Assembly (NCBI GenBank): GCA_965203905.1
Contig: CBDBDQ010000005.1
Coordinates: 5,632,001 to 5,696,000 of the forward strand
Direction: 5' to 3'
Length of the DNA stretch: 64,000 nt
From: Spirochaetia bacterium
GTDB taxonomy: Bacteria; Spirochaetota; Spirochaetia; SZUA-6; Bin103
The notes beneath the pieces were generated by a model. It searched no databases, was not told where the DNA came from, and saw nothing but the letters and a program-made list of their open reading frames with translations. The translations under genes and the position numbers were made by a program. Below, one piece after another: positions 48,829 through 58,642 of the stretch (positions are counted from its first letter, which is position 1; every line of letters begins with the position of its first letter).

Positions 48829-49803
48829 TCACCACAGACTGGTGGAGGAGACGCGCCGTGCCACCTGGTTCACCGAAATCAGCAGAAAGAAGTTGATGAT
48901 GGCGTTGAACAGACCGACCGCGGCGCCAAATGAATAACGCGGTATGGAACCCGCCAGTCCCACTTTGTAGACATAGGTCGCGATTATTTCCGAGGCCTCC
49001 AGATTCACCGTATTCTGCAGTAGAAATACCTTCTCGAAGCCGAGGCTCATTATTTTGCCTACGTCCAGGATCAGGAGGATGACGATGGTCGGTGCCAGTC
49101 CCGGCAGATCGATGTGGAGGATGCGTCGCACCTTGTTGGCACCGTCGACGATTGCTGCCTCGTACAGGGTAGGATCGATGGCGGAGAGCGCCGCCAGGTA
49201 GATGATGGTGCCCCAACCGGCGTGCTGCCAGATATCCGTCCAGACGTAGATGGAGCTGAAGTAGCGCGGTTCGGCGAGGAACACGATGGCCTCGCCGCCG
49301 AGGGCTTCGATGATTCTGTTGGCGACACCGGTCTTGGCGGAGAGAAACTGCAAGATGATGCCGACCATTACCACCGTCGATATGAAATGAGGAGCATAGG
49401 TGGTCATCTGCACCGTCTTCTTGAGCCTGACGTAATCATTGTTGTGCAGTGACAGCGCGAGAATGATCGGCACCGGAAACCCGGCGAGTAGACTGTACAG
49501 GCTGATGACCAGGGTATTGCGCAGTATTCTGGTGAACTGGTAGGAGCTGAAGAGATTCTCGAAGTGCTGCAGGCCGACCCACGGACTACCCCATATACCC
49601 TTCATGGCCAGGAAATTCTTGAATGCAATCTGGGCGCCATACATGGGAACATAGTGAAATATGAGGATGTAGGTGACGGGAACCAGTAGCATGAGAAAGA
49701 GCTGGCGATTCTTTTTCAGCTCGTAAACTAGAGAATGCCGTGATCGAGGTAGATGGTTGCTGGATGAGGCCGTGTTACCGGCCTGTTCTTGGGGTTCAAC
49801 CAT
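48829..49803 (-). CDS. Carbohydrate ABC permease (LplB-like)
   Basis: PMYGAQIAFK, SPWVGL, PHFIS, GWGTIIYLAAL, EAAIVDGA. Confidence 0.92.
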   Translation of the reverse strand: MVEPQEQAGNTASSSNHLPRSRHSLVYELKKNRQLFLMLLVPVTYILIFHYVPMYGAQIAFKNFLAMKGIWGSPWVGLQHFENLFSSYQFTRILRNTLVISLYSLLAGFPVPIILALSLHNNDYVRLKKTVQMTTYAPHFISTVVMVGIILQFLSAKTGVANRIIEALGGEAIVFLAEPRYFSSIYVWTDIWQHAGWGTIIYLAALSAIDPTLYEAAIVDGANKVRRILHIDLPGLAPTIVILLILDVGKIMSLGFEKVFLLQNTVNLEASEIIATYVYKVGLAGSIPRYSFGAAVGLFNAIINFFLLISVNQVARRVSSTSLW

Positions 49804-49972
49804 GCTCGGTACTCGTCACTCGCTAGGCTTGGCGTCTCCACGTCGGTACTGTTCACCGAGGGATTGGTCCAGGTTTCAGCGGGAAGCGTACGCTAACTCA
49901 GGCGGGCGCGCAAGGGTGGCAGCGGTGGGTCGCGGCAATGGCGCGACACCGACCGGCGGCGGTTTACGGGAG

Positions 49973-50635
49973 CTAATGCGGCCTGGTGCCGGGTACTGCC
50001 GGTGCCGCCAGACCGTCCAGCATCAGGGTGGCGAAGGTGTCGCCGAGCCGGTCTCCGGTCTGCAGCAGGTTCAGGGTCTCCTCGTCGCCGATCTGCGCCA
50101 GCACCTCGAGTCCCAGCAGGATGGCGTACACCAGGCGTGCCGCCGCGGGAACGTCCACCGCGCGCATGGCACCGCCGGCGATGGCGGCGTGCAGGCCCCG
50201 TTCCGCTTTCTCGATTCCCGGCTGGAACAGCTCGTCACGGACGTGGCCGGCCAGTTCGCGGTCGGCGAGGATGGAGGACAGCAGCGCGAAGAAGGTACGC
50301 ATCTGCGGATGAGCGCCGCGCACCCGTACGTTGATGGCGCGCCGGTAGCGCTCGTACAGGTCGGTAGTACCGTTACCGCCGCGCTCCACCTGCACCGCCC
50401 CGATCACCCGCGACAGGACTCCGAGCAGCAGTTCCCGCTTGCTCGCAAAGTGGTGATAGAGCGCACCCTCCGACAGCCGCGCCGCGGCGGCGATCGCCTT
50501 GGTGGTGGCGCGTTCGTAGCCGCGTTCGGTGAAGACGCTGGCAGCGGCATCGAGGATGTGTTCGCGCTGGGCGGCGGCGCGCCCGCGCTGCGGAGCATGC
50601 GCGCGCTGCGCAGCAGACGCAGGGGGCTTTTCCAT
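49973..50635 (-). CDS. TetR/AcrR-family regulator
   Basis: ILDAAASVFTERGYERATTKAIA..GALYHHFASK. Confidence 0.9.
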   Translation of the reverse strand: MEKPPASAAQRAHAPQRGRAAAQREHILDAAASVFTERGYERATTKAIAAAARLSEGALYHHFASKRELLLGVLSRVIGAVQVERGGNGTTDLYERYRRAINVRVRGAHPQMRTFFALLSSILADRELAGHVRDELFQPGIEKAERGLHAAIAGGAMRAVDVPAAARLVYAILLGLEVLAQIGDEETLNLLQTGDRLGDTFATLMLDGLAAPAVPGTRPH

Positions 50636-50673
50636 ACTTCCATATCGGCCGACCGAGCGCACAGCTTGAGCGC

Positions 50674-50685
50674 GAGCGAGCGCTC
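50674..50685. promoter_or_regulatory. Candidate TetR operator
   Basis: GAGCG-AG-CGCTC palindrome about 40 nt upstream of the tetR start. Confidence 0.35.
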
Positions 50686-50710
50686 GGAACCGGGCCGCGC
50701 GCTTGCTCAC

Positions 50711-51706
50711 CTACCCGTTGGCGCCTTCCGGAGCGAGCAGCTCCTGCGGGATGCGCCCGTGCAGCACGTCGATCACCCCCTGGGCCACCTGTTCCGACAC
50801 CGCCGCCATCGCCTCCGTGGTGAGTCCGCTCAGGTGGGGGGTGATGAGGGTGTTGGGCGTGCGGGTGAGCGGGTGATCGACCGCCAGGGGCTCTTCCTCG
50901 AACACGTCGAGGGCGGCGCCCGCCAGGGTACCCTCCTGTAGCGCGCAGCTCAGCGCCGTCTCGTCGATCACCCCGCCGCGGCAGGTGTTGATCACCCGGC
51001 AGCCGGGTTTCAGCCTGGCGAGCGCAGGCGCATCGATCATGTAGCGCGTCTCGGCGGTGAGGGGGACGTGCAAGGTCACGAAATCGGCGTCGGCGAGCAG
51101 CTCCTCGAGGGTGTCGACGAAGGTCGCCGGGCCCGGGTACGCGGTGCGGTCGACGTAGGGATCGTAGGCGAGCACGCGCATCTCGAGGCCGCGCGCCTTG
51201 CGCGCTACCCGCGTACCGATGCGCCCGAGGCCGATGATGCCGAGGGTCTTGCCGGACACCTCGATACCGAGAAACTGCTCCTTCCGGTAGGGCTGGGCGC
51301 TGCGCAGCGTGGCATCGGCGCTGCTGGTGTTGCGCGCCAGCGCGAGCAGCAGGCCGAGTGCGTGCTCGGCCACGGCATTGGAATTGGCCCCGGGGGTGTA
51401 GATGACCGGCACCCCGCGCCGCGCCGCCGCCGCGCAGTCGATGTTGTCGAGACCGGCGCCATGCTTCGCCACCAGCCTGAGGCTCGGCGCCGCCGCGAGC
51501 TCCGCGTCCCGCACCGGAAACAGTCGCACCACCACGGCGTCAACGGTGGCGAGCCGGCCGCGCAGGCACTCCGTATCGGTGGCACCGGGAGGGCCGTCGC
51601 GCCACGGGACGATGCAGGTGCAGGCGGACTCCAGGATGCGCAGGCCGGAGGCGCCGATCGGTTCGGTGATCAGGACGGTAGGGAGTTCGGTTCGGTGATT
51701 AGTCAC
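50711..51706 (-). CDS. D-isomer-specific 2-hydroxyacid dehydrogenase (SerA-like)
   Basis: GAGLDNID, GLGRIG, NTCRG, LDVFEEEP, TPHL. Confidence 0.9.
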   Translation of the reverse strand: MTNHRTELPTVLITEPIGASGLRILESACTCIVPWRDGPPGATDTECLRGRLATVDAVVVRLFPVRDAELAAAPSLRLVAKHGAGLDNIDCAAAARRGVPVIYTPGANSNAVAEHALGLLLALARNTSSADATLRSAQPYRKEQFLGIEVSGKTLGIIGLGRIGTRVARKARGLEMRVLAYDPYVDRTAYPGPATFVDTLEELLADADFVTLHVPLTAETRYMIDAPALARLKPGCRVINTCRGGVIDETALSCALQEGTLAGAALDVFEEEPLAVDHPLTRTPNTLITPHLSGLTTEAMAAVSEQVAQGVIDVLHGRIPQELLAPEGANG

Positions 51707-51772
51707 AATAACTCCAATTTGCTCGATCAACAGTCCGCAAGACTTGGTTAGATGAGGCGGTCTTGATGCACT

Positions 51773-52828
51773 CTACTCGTGGTCTGGGCGAGCCTGTTGA
51801 TAGAAACGTCGCGTACGACGGATCATGGTCTCGAACAGACCAGGAAGTTTATCCTTCACCATTGTCATAGGGACAACTGAAAATGCTCTATGGACCAGTG
51901 TCTCGGCTGTCACTTGGATCTGCTTTAGAACCTCGATTCTTGAATGAATCGAAATCGGAACCTGTTCGGGAGCTAGTACAAAGATCCACGAGTTTCTCGT
52001 GGGAGCACTTCTGCGCTTGTCGTCTGTCCACTCTAGACCAGCAAAGTGAGGTGCCCAACTCTCCCACACAGATTCGGGAAGTCCAAGTACCACCCCGGCA
52101 CAGCGGTCTTGACCAGAAAGACCGAACTTAAGTATGAGCTGATATATGGTTCGCTTAAAGACGTTGGCAATATTCGGACCTTCTATCTTGCGTCCTAACC
52201 ATGTCTGATTATTCTCCACTTGCTTTCCGAATTCATCAACATGTAGATCGACAGCAGCCTCCAGTGCACGTACGGCATGCCGATAGCTTCCATGGAAATC
52301 CATTGTTTGGATCTCAAGGATACCGTAGCGCTTCAGAAGCAACCAATCGTGCTTAGCGTTGCACTCTATGATCGTGACATCGAAGGAGATCTCCGGGGTA
52401 GTTGATGACCCTGTGACATTCAACTCGCCACCAAGCTTGTCTTGGAAAAAAATATAAATTGTTTCTTTGGAAGCACGCTCAAGGATGTAATTCCGACGGC
52501 TTTCGTCTTGCAGATGCACCACTGGAAAAACGGGTATTTCTTGTCTGTTGTCCGAGAATATCTTGCGCGTTACTTGGTGGATGACTGGTCGCTCCAGAGC
52601 TCTGTATGGGCAGACGATCCAGTCTCTGATGCCTGATTTTGTCGTAGAAACAGTGCAGACACCGGCACTATTGGGACTCTTGATGCAGGCTGTCGGTGTT
52701 TCGAGTGCGTCACTAAGGAAGGGACATCTCTTTTGCTGAAACAGACGGATTGCATCCGAGGAACAAGACACGGATGGAAAGAGACGCACGCCGTACCACT
52801 CCGAGATAAAGTTCGACGTAGTGCTCAT
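51773..52828 (-). CDS. NotI-family type II restriction endonuclease
   Basis: Four-Cys cluster CPFL..C.K..GVC..VCPYR; catalytic D...LEIQTMDFHG. Confidence 0.75.
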   Translation of the reverse strand: MSTTSNFISEWYGVRLFPSVSCSSDAIRLFQQKRCPFLSDALETPTACIKSPNSAGVCTVSTTKSGIRDWIVCPYRALERPVIHQVTRKIFSDNRQEIPVFPVVHLQDESRRNYILERASKETIYIFFQDKLGGELNVTGSSTTPEISFDVTIIECNAKHDWLLLKRYGILEIQTMDFHGSYRHAVRALEAAVDLHVDEFGKQVENNQTWLGRKIEGPNIANVFKRTIYQLILKFGLSGQDRCAGVVLGLPESVWESWAPHFAGLEWTDDKRRSAPTRNSWIFVLAPEQVPISIHSRIEVLKQIQVTAETLVHRAFSVVPMTMVKDKLPGLFETMIRRTRRFYQQARPDHE

Positions 52829-53898
52829 TCGCCGCCAAGGAACTTGTCAGCAAGCTCGAAGCCCACGGCGTTACGGCCTGTCTCAGCGGCACACCACAAG
52901 GCAGATCCGGTGCCACAGAATGGATCTAGGACAAGACCGTCTGGCGGACTCGAACTTAATATCCGAGGTCTGATCAGCTGGATTGGAAAAGTAGCCGAAT
53001 GACCGTTTCTTCCCGGCCGAACGTTGCACTTGACCACGTCCAACTCATACTCCTCGACTTCAGAGAGATCGTAGTAGTACTTTGCCCTTCCTTCCTTGGG
53101 GCGTTTCACGAAATGAAAAAAATGTTCGTGCGCAAGACGTAGCCGATCTTTCTCTGGACGAGGCGGCACATTAGGCTTAAACCAGATCAGGTCGTTGCGC
53201 AATATCCATCTCTCGTTTTCCATCGCGATGGCAAACCGAGATGGAACCAACAATAATTGTTTTTCCTGGAGGTAGCGACCCATTGGAGTCCGCCTGCGAA
53301 TGCGGTCGTTGTTGCCGAGTCCTTGTCGACCGTCATCTCTGATGCTCGCCCACCTGGCAAAGTAGGTGTCGCCGACATTCACCCATATGCTTCCGTGGTC
53401 TTTGAGCTTCGTCATGGCCTTGGAGAAGAACGCCACAAGATGGTCCACGTACCACTCGGGAAGTGGCTCTAATCCGAGTACTCCACCATTTTTTTTGTAC
53501 CAATCCCACGGTGGTGAATCTCGATGGCCAGTCTCTTCTTCCCACGCATCAAGGATATGCCAGTTGTGTTCTAACCCATATGTCCGTTGCCCCCAGTAGG
53601 GAGGACTGGTAATGATCAAATCCACCGAAGCGTCATCGATCTGCTCGATTAGATGAAAGGCATCTCCTTTGCGGATCTGGCACCGTGCATCTCCTCCTTG
53701 TGGATAGTTTCGCAATGAAGAGTCAGGAACCGAGTCTACTTCAGCTGCCGGATCTACGAACACATCGAAGTGTAGTTGGCGGTCCGCAATGCGCTGCGGA
53801 GTGGAAAGACCGGGAGGGTAAGAAATTGGAGCATGCTCGCCTGCCTCAGCGGCCGTCCTCGTGGGGCCCGCCTCAGGGCCTTTCCCAGGATTCTTCAC
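52825..53898 (-). CDS. Site-specific DNA amino-methyltransferase, beta class (likely N4-cytosine)
   Basis: Motif IV TSPPY precedes motif I LDPFCGTG; overlaps the endonuclease by 4 nt. Confidence 0.88.
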   Translation of the reverse strand: MKNPGKGPEAGPTRTAAEAGEHAPISYPPGLSTPQRIADRQLHFDVFVDPAAEVDSVPDSSLRNYPQGGDARCQIRKGDAFHLIEQIDDASVDLIITSPPYWGQRTYGLEHNWHILDAWEEETGHRDSPPWDWYKKNGGVLGLEPLPEWYVDHLVAFFSKAMTKLKDHGSIWVNVGDTYFARWASIRDDGRQGLGNNDRIRRRTPMGRYLQEKQLLLVPSRFAIAMENERWILRNDLIWFKPNVPPRPEKDRLRLAHEHFFHFVKRPKEGRAKYYYDLSEVEEYELDVVKCNVRPGRNGHSATFPIQLIRPRILSSSPPDGLVLDPFCGTGSALWCAAETGRNAVGFELADKFLGGE

Positions 53899-54145
53899 CC
53901 GGATATTCCTAGACCCATCGCTTCATCTCTTGAACCTGATGTCCGATCACCTGGTTGCCCGGGGTACCCTGCGGGTGTGCACTCTGGTGGCTTGATAGCG
54001 TCGCACATGGAATCAGGTGACATAGTAACCCGCCGATGGGCGGTGGACAACTCATTTGGTCTTTGGAGGTCTTGGAGTGCCACCTTGAAGGTTCCACCTT
54101 ACGACCGCGGATCACCAAGCACGATCCAGGGTACTCTATAGCCAC

Positions 54146-55210
54146 GTGCTGCCCAACCCGTCGATGTTCGGCTCTGCCCTCTCCGACCTGCTGACCGGCT
54201 CCGGCAACAAGCGTGAGCGGCCCGACTTTCGGCAGTCGTTCTACCTCGCCCTGGCCAAGGTGCTCGGTGCCGCGGCGTGGATCGACGGGCCGATCAACCA
54301 GGCCGAGGTCAACGTCGTCAAGAGCCTGCTCAACGAGCTGTCGCCGCGGCTCACGACGCGCGAGCTGCAGCGGGTGCAGCGCTACCTGGCCGAACCGGTA
54401 CCGCGGGAACACTGGACCGAGTTGCTGGCCACGCTCAGCGAGTTCACGCGGCGCCGGGCGCGGCTGCAGTTCGCCCTGGAGCGCCTGCAAGCCCTGCTGG
54501 ACGCCGACGGGACACCCACCCAGGCGGAGAACGACCTGTATCACCAGGCGCAGACCCTGCTGGGCTGGCGCGACCTGGAGCGCGGCCCCGCTACGGGCGG
54601 TGATGCGGCGGATCCGGCCGTAGCGGAGCCGGAGAGCGCGAACCAGCGGGACCGCGCGCCTGCCGAGGCTGCCGCCGTGCCGTCCGCGGGCCAGGCGCCG
54701 GCCGCCGCACACGAGGACCCTGAGCCGGGACCGGCCGAGGGAGGCATTCGTCTCGGAGACCTCGATCCCGAGCGGCGCACGACCGCATCCCCGGCCTTCG
54801 TCGACCGGGTGCTCGCAGCAGCCGCGGCGCGGCTTCCGGGGAGCGGCGGCGGCAGGTACCCGCCGCGCAAGCTGGCGGTGCTCGCGGCCGCGCTGGCGCA
54901 CGTCACCATGCGCCGCGCCGCCACCGAGGGCGAGGACGCGGAGCTGGTCGGCTTCGCGGCCGCCGTCAGCGGCGTGGACGACGCGGCGGCGGAGGCGGTG
55001 GTGGAAGCGGCGCGCGAACAGCCGGCGACCGGTGCGGAGCTCGCCGAGCTGGCTGCCGAACTGGGCGTCTTGACCAGTCCGGTGGAGATCGCCGCGCTGG
55101 CCAAGCTGCTCAATGCCATGGCCGACGGCGAAGCCGCGCTGCGCCGTCTGCGAGGCCTGGCCCGAATGGCTGAGCGACCGCGGCCCGGCGACCGCGCCGG
55201 CCGCACCTGA
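54146..55210 (+). CDS. TerB-family protein with two TerB-like domains
   Basis: AAAWIDG.I.QAE; LLDADG...AE; second domain ending NAMADG. Confidence 0.6.
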   Translation: MLPNPSMFGSALSDLLTGSGNKRERPDFRQSFYLALAKVLGAAAWIDGPINQAEVNVVKSLLNELSPRLTTRELQRVQRYLAEPVPREHWTELLATLSEFTRRRARLQFALERLQALLDADGTPTQAENDLYHQAQTLLGWRDLERGPATGGDAADPAVAEPESANQRDRAPAEAAAVPSAGQAPAAAHEDPEPGPAEGGIRLGDLDPERRTTASPAFVDRVLAAAAARLPGSGGGRYPPRKLAVLAAALAHVTMRRAATEGEDAELVGFAAAVSGVDDAAAEAVVEAAREQPATGAELAELAAELGVLTSPVEIAALAKLLNAMADGEAALRRLRGLARMAERPRPGDRAGRT

Positions 55211-55266
55211 CCGCGCGAACCGGGCGGACCGGAGACATCGCGGATCGCGGAGCGGATGCCTCTGCC

Positions 55267-56451
55267 CTACTCGGCGTCGGGCAGGCTGCGCAGGATCTCG
55301 TAGCAGGCGCCGAGCGGATGGTAGTCGGTCTTGCTCGGCGGGCTCTTCTTGTCGTCGTAGCGTTGCCCGCTGCGATCCAGCACCCGGTACCAGGCACCGT
55401 GGGTGTGATCGACGAAGTAGCGGTCGGCGTAGTCCCAGGCGCGATCGTACCAGTCCCAGTAGCGTGCCTCCCCGGTGCGGGCGGCGAGCACCGCGGCGGC
55501 GGCTACCGTCTCCGCCAGCACCCAGTAGTAGCGGTCGGTGTCGAGAATCGTGCCGTCGGGGGCGAAGGTGTAGTGCATGCCGCCCCGCTCCTCGTCCCAG
55601 CTTCGCTCCAGGGCGGTATCGAACAGGCGCCGCGCGGTCTCCGCCTGCCACGGCTCGGGCCGGTGCCGCTCCAGGATCAGCAGCAGCTTGCTCCACTCCA
55701 CGAAGTGGCCGGGCAGGTAGCCGTAGGGACGGAACAGGTTCTTGGGATCGTCGCGGTTGTACTCCCAGTCGTGCTTCCAGTCGGTGGTGTAGTGCTCCCA
55801 CACCAGCCCCTGCGCCGGCGCCGCCAGCTCGACGCAGACGCGCCGCGCCAGGGTATGGGCGCGCGCCAGGTAGCGCTCCTCGGCCGTGGCCTCGAACGCG
55901 GCCAGCATCGCCTCGCACATATGCATGTTGGCGTTCTGGCCCCGGTACGGGGAGACGGCGCTCCAGTCTCCCGCCGCGATCTCGTCGGCGTAGAGCCGGG
56001 CGTCCGGCTCCCAGAAGCGGTCTTCCAGCAGGTCGTGAACCGAGCCGGTCACCGCGGCGGCGCCCGGCATCCCTACCCGTGCCGCCATCGCCGCCGCCAG
56101 CAGCACGAAGGCGTGGCCATAGCAGTGGCGGGCGCCGTCCTCCACCCCGCCGGCCCCCAGCTCCCAGGCGTAGCCGCCGTCCGGCTGGCGGTGCGCGGAC
56201 TGCAAGAACTCGATGCCGTGAGCGGCCGCGGAGCGGTATTCGTCGCGCTCGAACAGCTCGGCCGCGACCGCGTAGTTGAACACGAAGCGGCAGGTGCCCA
56301 CCAGGTGCTTGGTGTCGCGGTCGTAGATGGTGCCGTCGTCTGTGAACTGGTTGATATAGCCGCCGCGCTCGCGGTCGATGCAGTCCGGATGATAGAAATC
56401 GATGATCCGCTGTATGTGATCGCGGAGCACCTGGGGGTCGCGGTAGTTCAT
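55267..56451 (-). CDS. AGE-family (N-acylglucosamine 2-epimerase / YihS-like) sugar isomerase
   Basis: YGHAFVLLA, QNANMHMCEA, PGHFVEW, KTDYH. Confidence 0.9.
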   Translation of the reverse strand: MNYRDPQVLRDHIQRIIDFYHPDCIDRERGGYINQFTDDGTIYDRDTKHLVGTCRFVFNYAVAAELFERDEYRSAAAHGIEFLQSAHRQPDGGYAWELGAGGVEDGARHCYGHAFVLLAAAMAARVGMPGAAAVTGSVHDLLEDRFWEPDARLYADEIAAGDWSAVSPYRGQNANMHMCEAMLAAFEATAEERYLARAHTLARRVCVELAAPAQGLVWEHYTTDWKHDWEYNRDDPKNLFRPYGYLPGHFVEWSKLLLILERHRPEPWQAETARRLFDTALERSWDEERGGMHYTFAPDGTILDTDRYYWVLAETVAAAAVLAARTGEARYWDWYDRAWDYADRYFVDHTHGAWYRVLDRSGQRYDDKKSPPSKTDYHPLGACYEILRSLPDAE

Positions 56452-56465
56452 CGCATGCCCCTGCG

Positions 56466-57233
56466 TTACTGGTTCTTGCCCACGACACCGGGCTGATGCT
56501 GGTTGGCGCCCATCAGTTGCCGCACCAGCTCCGATGGGTTGTCCAGGTCCGCCAGTTGCGCGCGCATGTCCTCCTGGGTCACGTAGATGGGCCGGATGAA
56601 CATCCCCAGCAGGGCACTGCGCGGCGCGTTGGAGGTGTTGGGACGGGCGGTGTGCCAGGTCGCCCCGTGCATCACCATCACGCTGCCGCGAATCCCGGTC
56701 AGGACCTCGGCGTCGGGGTTCCACTCGGAGGCGGTCTCCGGCGCCGGCCGATGCCCCTTGCGGTGGCTGAAAGGGACGAGCCCGGTGCCTCCGTTCTCGG
56801 CCGAGAAGTCGTTCAGCATCCACATTGTCTGTCCGCTGATGCGGTCGCTCGGCCACGGCTGATTGAGCCGCTGATAGGGCCAGTCGGGATGCCAGCCGTA
56901 GCGGTTGTAGCCGGGATACGTGGTGTTGGCGGTCCACGTGGCGCAGATCACGTCCGGGTCGAGGTAGCGCCGCCAGATCGCCACGATCAGGGGATGGGTC
57001 AGCAGCTCCAGGAAGATCGGGTGCTTGACCGCAATCCGGGCCACCCGCTGGGTCCTCCTCTCGCGGCTCGTTTCATCACCCTCATCCGCCAGGATGCGCT
57101 CCAGGATGGTGCGCGCCCGGTCCGCCTTCTCTACCGGGATCACCGACGGGATGACGCAATACCCGCGTTCGTCGATCTCGGCGATGATTCCCGCAACGTC
57201 GTGACCACCGTTCGACCCGTTTTCCGCACTCAT
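56466..57233 (-). CDS. PhyH-family dioxygenase
   Basis: WHPD, DFSAENGGT..PFSH, GATWH..N...R. Confidence 0.88.
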   Translation of the reverse strand: MSAENGSNGGHDVAGIIAEIDERGYCVIPSVIPVEKADRARTILERILADEGDETSRERRTQRVARIAVKHPIFLELLTHPLIVAIWRRYLDPDVICATWTANTTYPGYNRYGWHPDWPYQRLNQPWPSDRISGQTMWMLNDFSAENGGTGLVPFSHRKGHRPAPETASEWNPDAEVLTGIRGSVMVMHGATWHTARPNTSNAPRSALLGMFIRPIYVTQEDMRAQLADLDNPSELVRQLMGANQHQPGVVGKNQ

Positions 57234-57497
57234 GCCCTGCTCCCTCTCCAGTCTCCGAAGTATACCCAACCCGCGGCGCTTCCTGGACCCACCGCCAGCG
57301 CGCCTACTCGTACAGGAAGCACTTGATGAGAACCCCGTCCACCTCGACGTCCTGCGGCATCTCCTGCCGGCACTTCTCCATCCCCTCGGGATTGAATCTG
57401 CGGAGCACGTAAGGCCCGATGTTCGTGTTGTCACGAATCGGGATCTTGGCTAAACTTCGGCCATACCAACTACTTGGCGCGCAGGAGGATACTGGAC

Positions 57498-58544
57498 ATG
57501 GCCGAAGCCGACCTCACGGGGCAAGCGGTACGGGGCCCCAAGGCACGCGGAGAGTGGCAGCCGGAGTCGCTGCCGAAGCCTTCGCCGCTGTTTACCTGGC
57601 CGCTCAAGCTGGTTCCGATCCTGAAGATGCTGTTCGGGCACGACGGCTTGCTGTGGCCGAAGAACGCCGTCTACATGGGGATTGCAGTCGTCGCGTGGCT
57701 GTTTTTCACTCCCGACCTGTCACGCACCGGCACCTTCGCGGTGGGCTGGATCGCAGAGATCTATCTGCGCAACGCGGCACTGTTGCTGGTGATCGCGGGC
57801 GGCCTGCACCTGCGGCTGTACGTCAAGCGTGCCCAGGAGCAGCGCTACAAATTCAACCCGCGCTGGCTGATGTCCGACAGCAGGGCGTTCCTGTTCGGCA
57901 ATCAGACGCGCGACAACATCTTCTGGAACTTCGCCAGCGGGGTCACCATCTGGACCGGCTACGAGGCCGTGACGCTGTGGGCCTACTCCAACGCGATCAT
58001 CCCCTACGTGGACTGGGCCAGGCACCCCGTCTACTGCGTATTCATGATGGTGTTCATCCTGCTGCTGCGGCAGGCGCACTTCTACTGGACCCATCGCCTC
58101 ACGCACTGGAAGCCGCTGTACAAGGCCGCGCACTACCTGCACCACAAGAACGTCAACATCGGGCCGTGGTCGGGCCTGTCGATGCACCCGATCGAGCATC
58201 TGCTCTACTTCTCCGGGGTACTGCTGCACTGGATCATCCCCTCGCACCCGCTGCACGCCATCTTCCACCTGGTGCACACCGGCCTCAGTCCGGCGGCCGG
58301 GCACGCCGGCTTCTACAAGTTCGAGATCAACGACAAGCACGTGATGAGCAACGGCGGGTACTTCCACTACCTGCACCACCGCTACTTCGACTGCAACTAC
58401 GGCAACGAGGGGGTGCCCCTGGACAAGTGGTTCGGCAGCTTCCACGACGGGTCTCCCGAGGCGCACAAGGCGATGCGCCAGCGCAAGCGGTCGCTGGGCA
58501 AGCGCGGGGCTCCGGTGGCCCTGGACGCGGTCCACAACGAGTAG
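57498..58544 (+). CDS. Sterol desaturase / fatty-acid hydroxylase family
   Basis: FYWTHRLTH, HYLHH, FHYLHH, NYG. Confidence 0.9.
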   Translation: MAEADLTGQAVRGPKARGEWQPESLPKPSPLFTWPLKLVPILKMLFGHDGLLWPKNAVYMGIAVVAWLFFTPDLSRTGTFAVGWIAEIYLRNAALLLVIAGGLHLRLYVKRAQEQRYKFNPRWLMSDSRAFLFGNQTRDNIFWNFASGVTIWTGYEAVTLWAYSNAIIPYVDWARHPVYCVFMMVFILLLRQAHFYWTHRLTHWKPLYKAAHYLHHKNVNIGPWSGLSMHPIEHLLYFSGVLLHWIIPSHPLHAIFHLVHTGLSPAAGHAGFYKFEINDKHVMSNGGYFHYLHHRYFDCNYGNEGVPLDKWFGSFHDGSPEAHKAMRQRKRSLGKRGAPVALDAVHNE

Positions 58545-58552
58545 GGCGCACT

Positions 58553-58577
58553 AGCCGGCGCGGTCGACGCGCCGGCT
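58553..58577. terminator. GC-rich hairpin after the desaturase gene
   Basis: AGCCGGCGCG-GTCGA-CGCGCCGGCT. Confidence 0.4.
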
Positions 58578-58642
58578 CACCAAGACACGACACGCGGCGT
58601 GACCCACGCGACTTCAACTGAAGCGCCGCACCCGCCAGCGCG

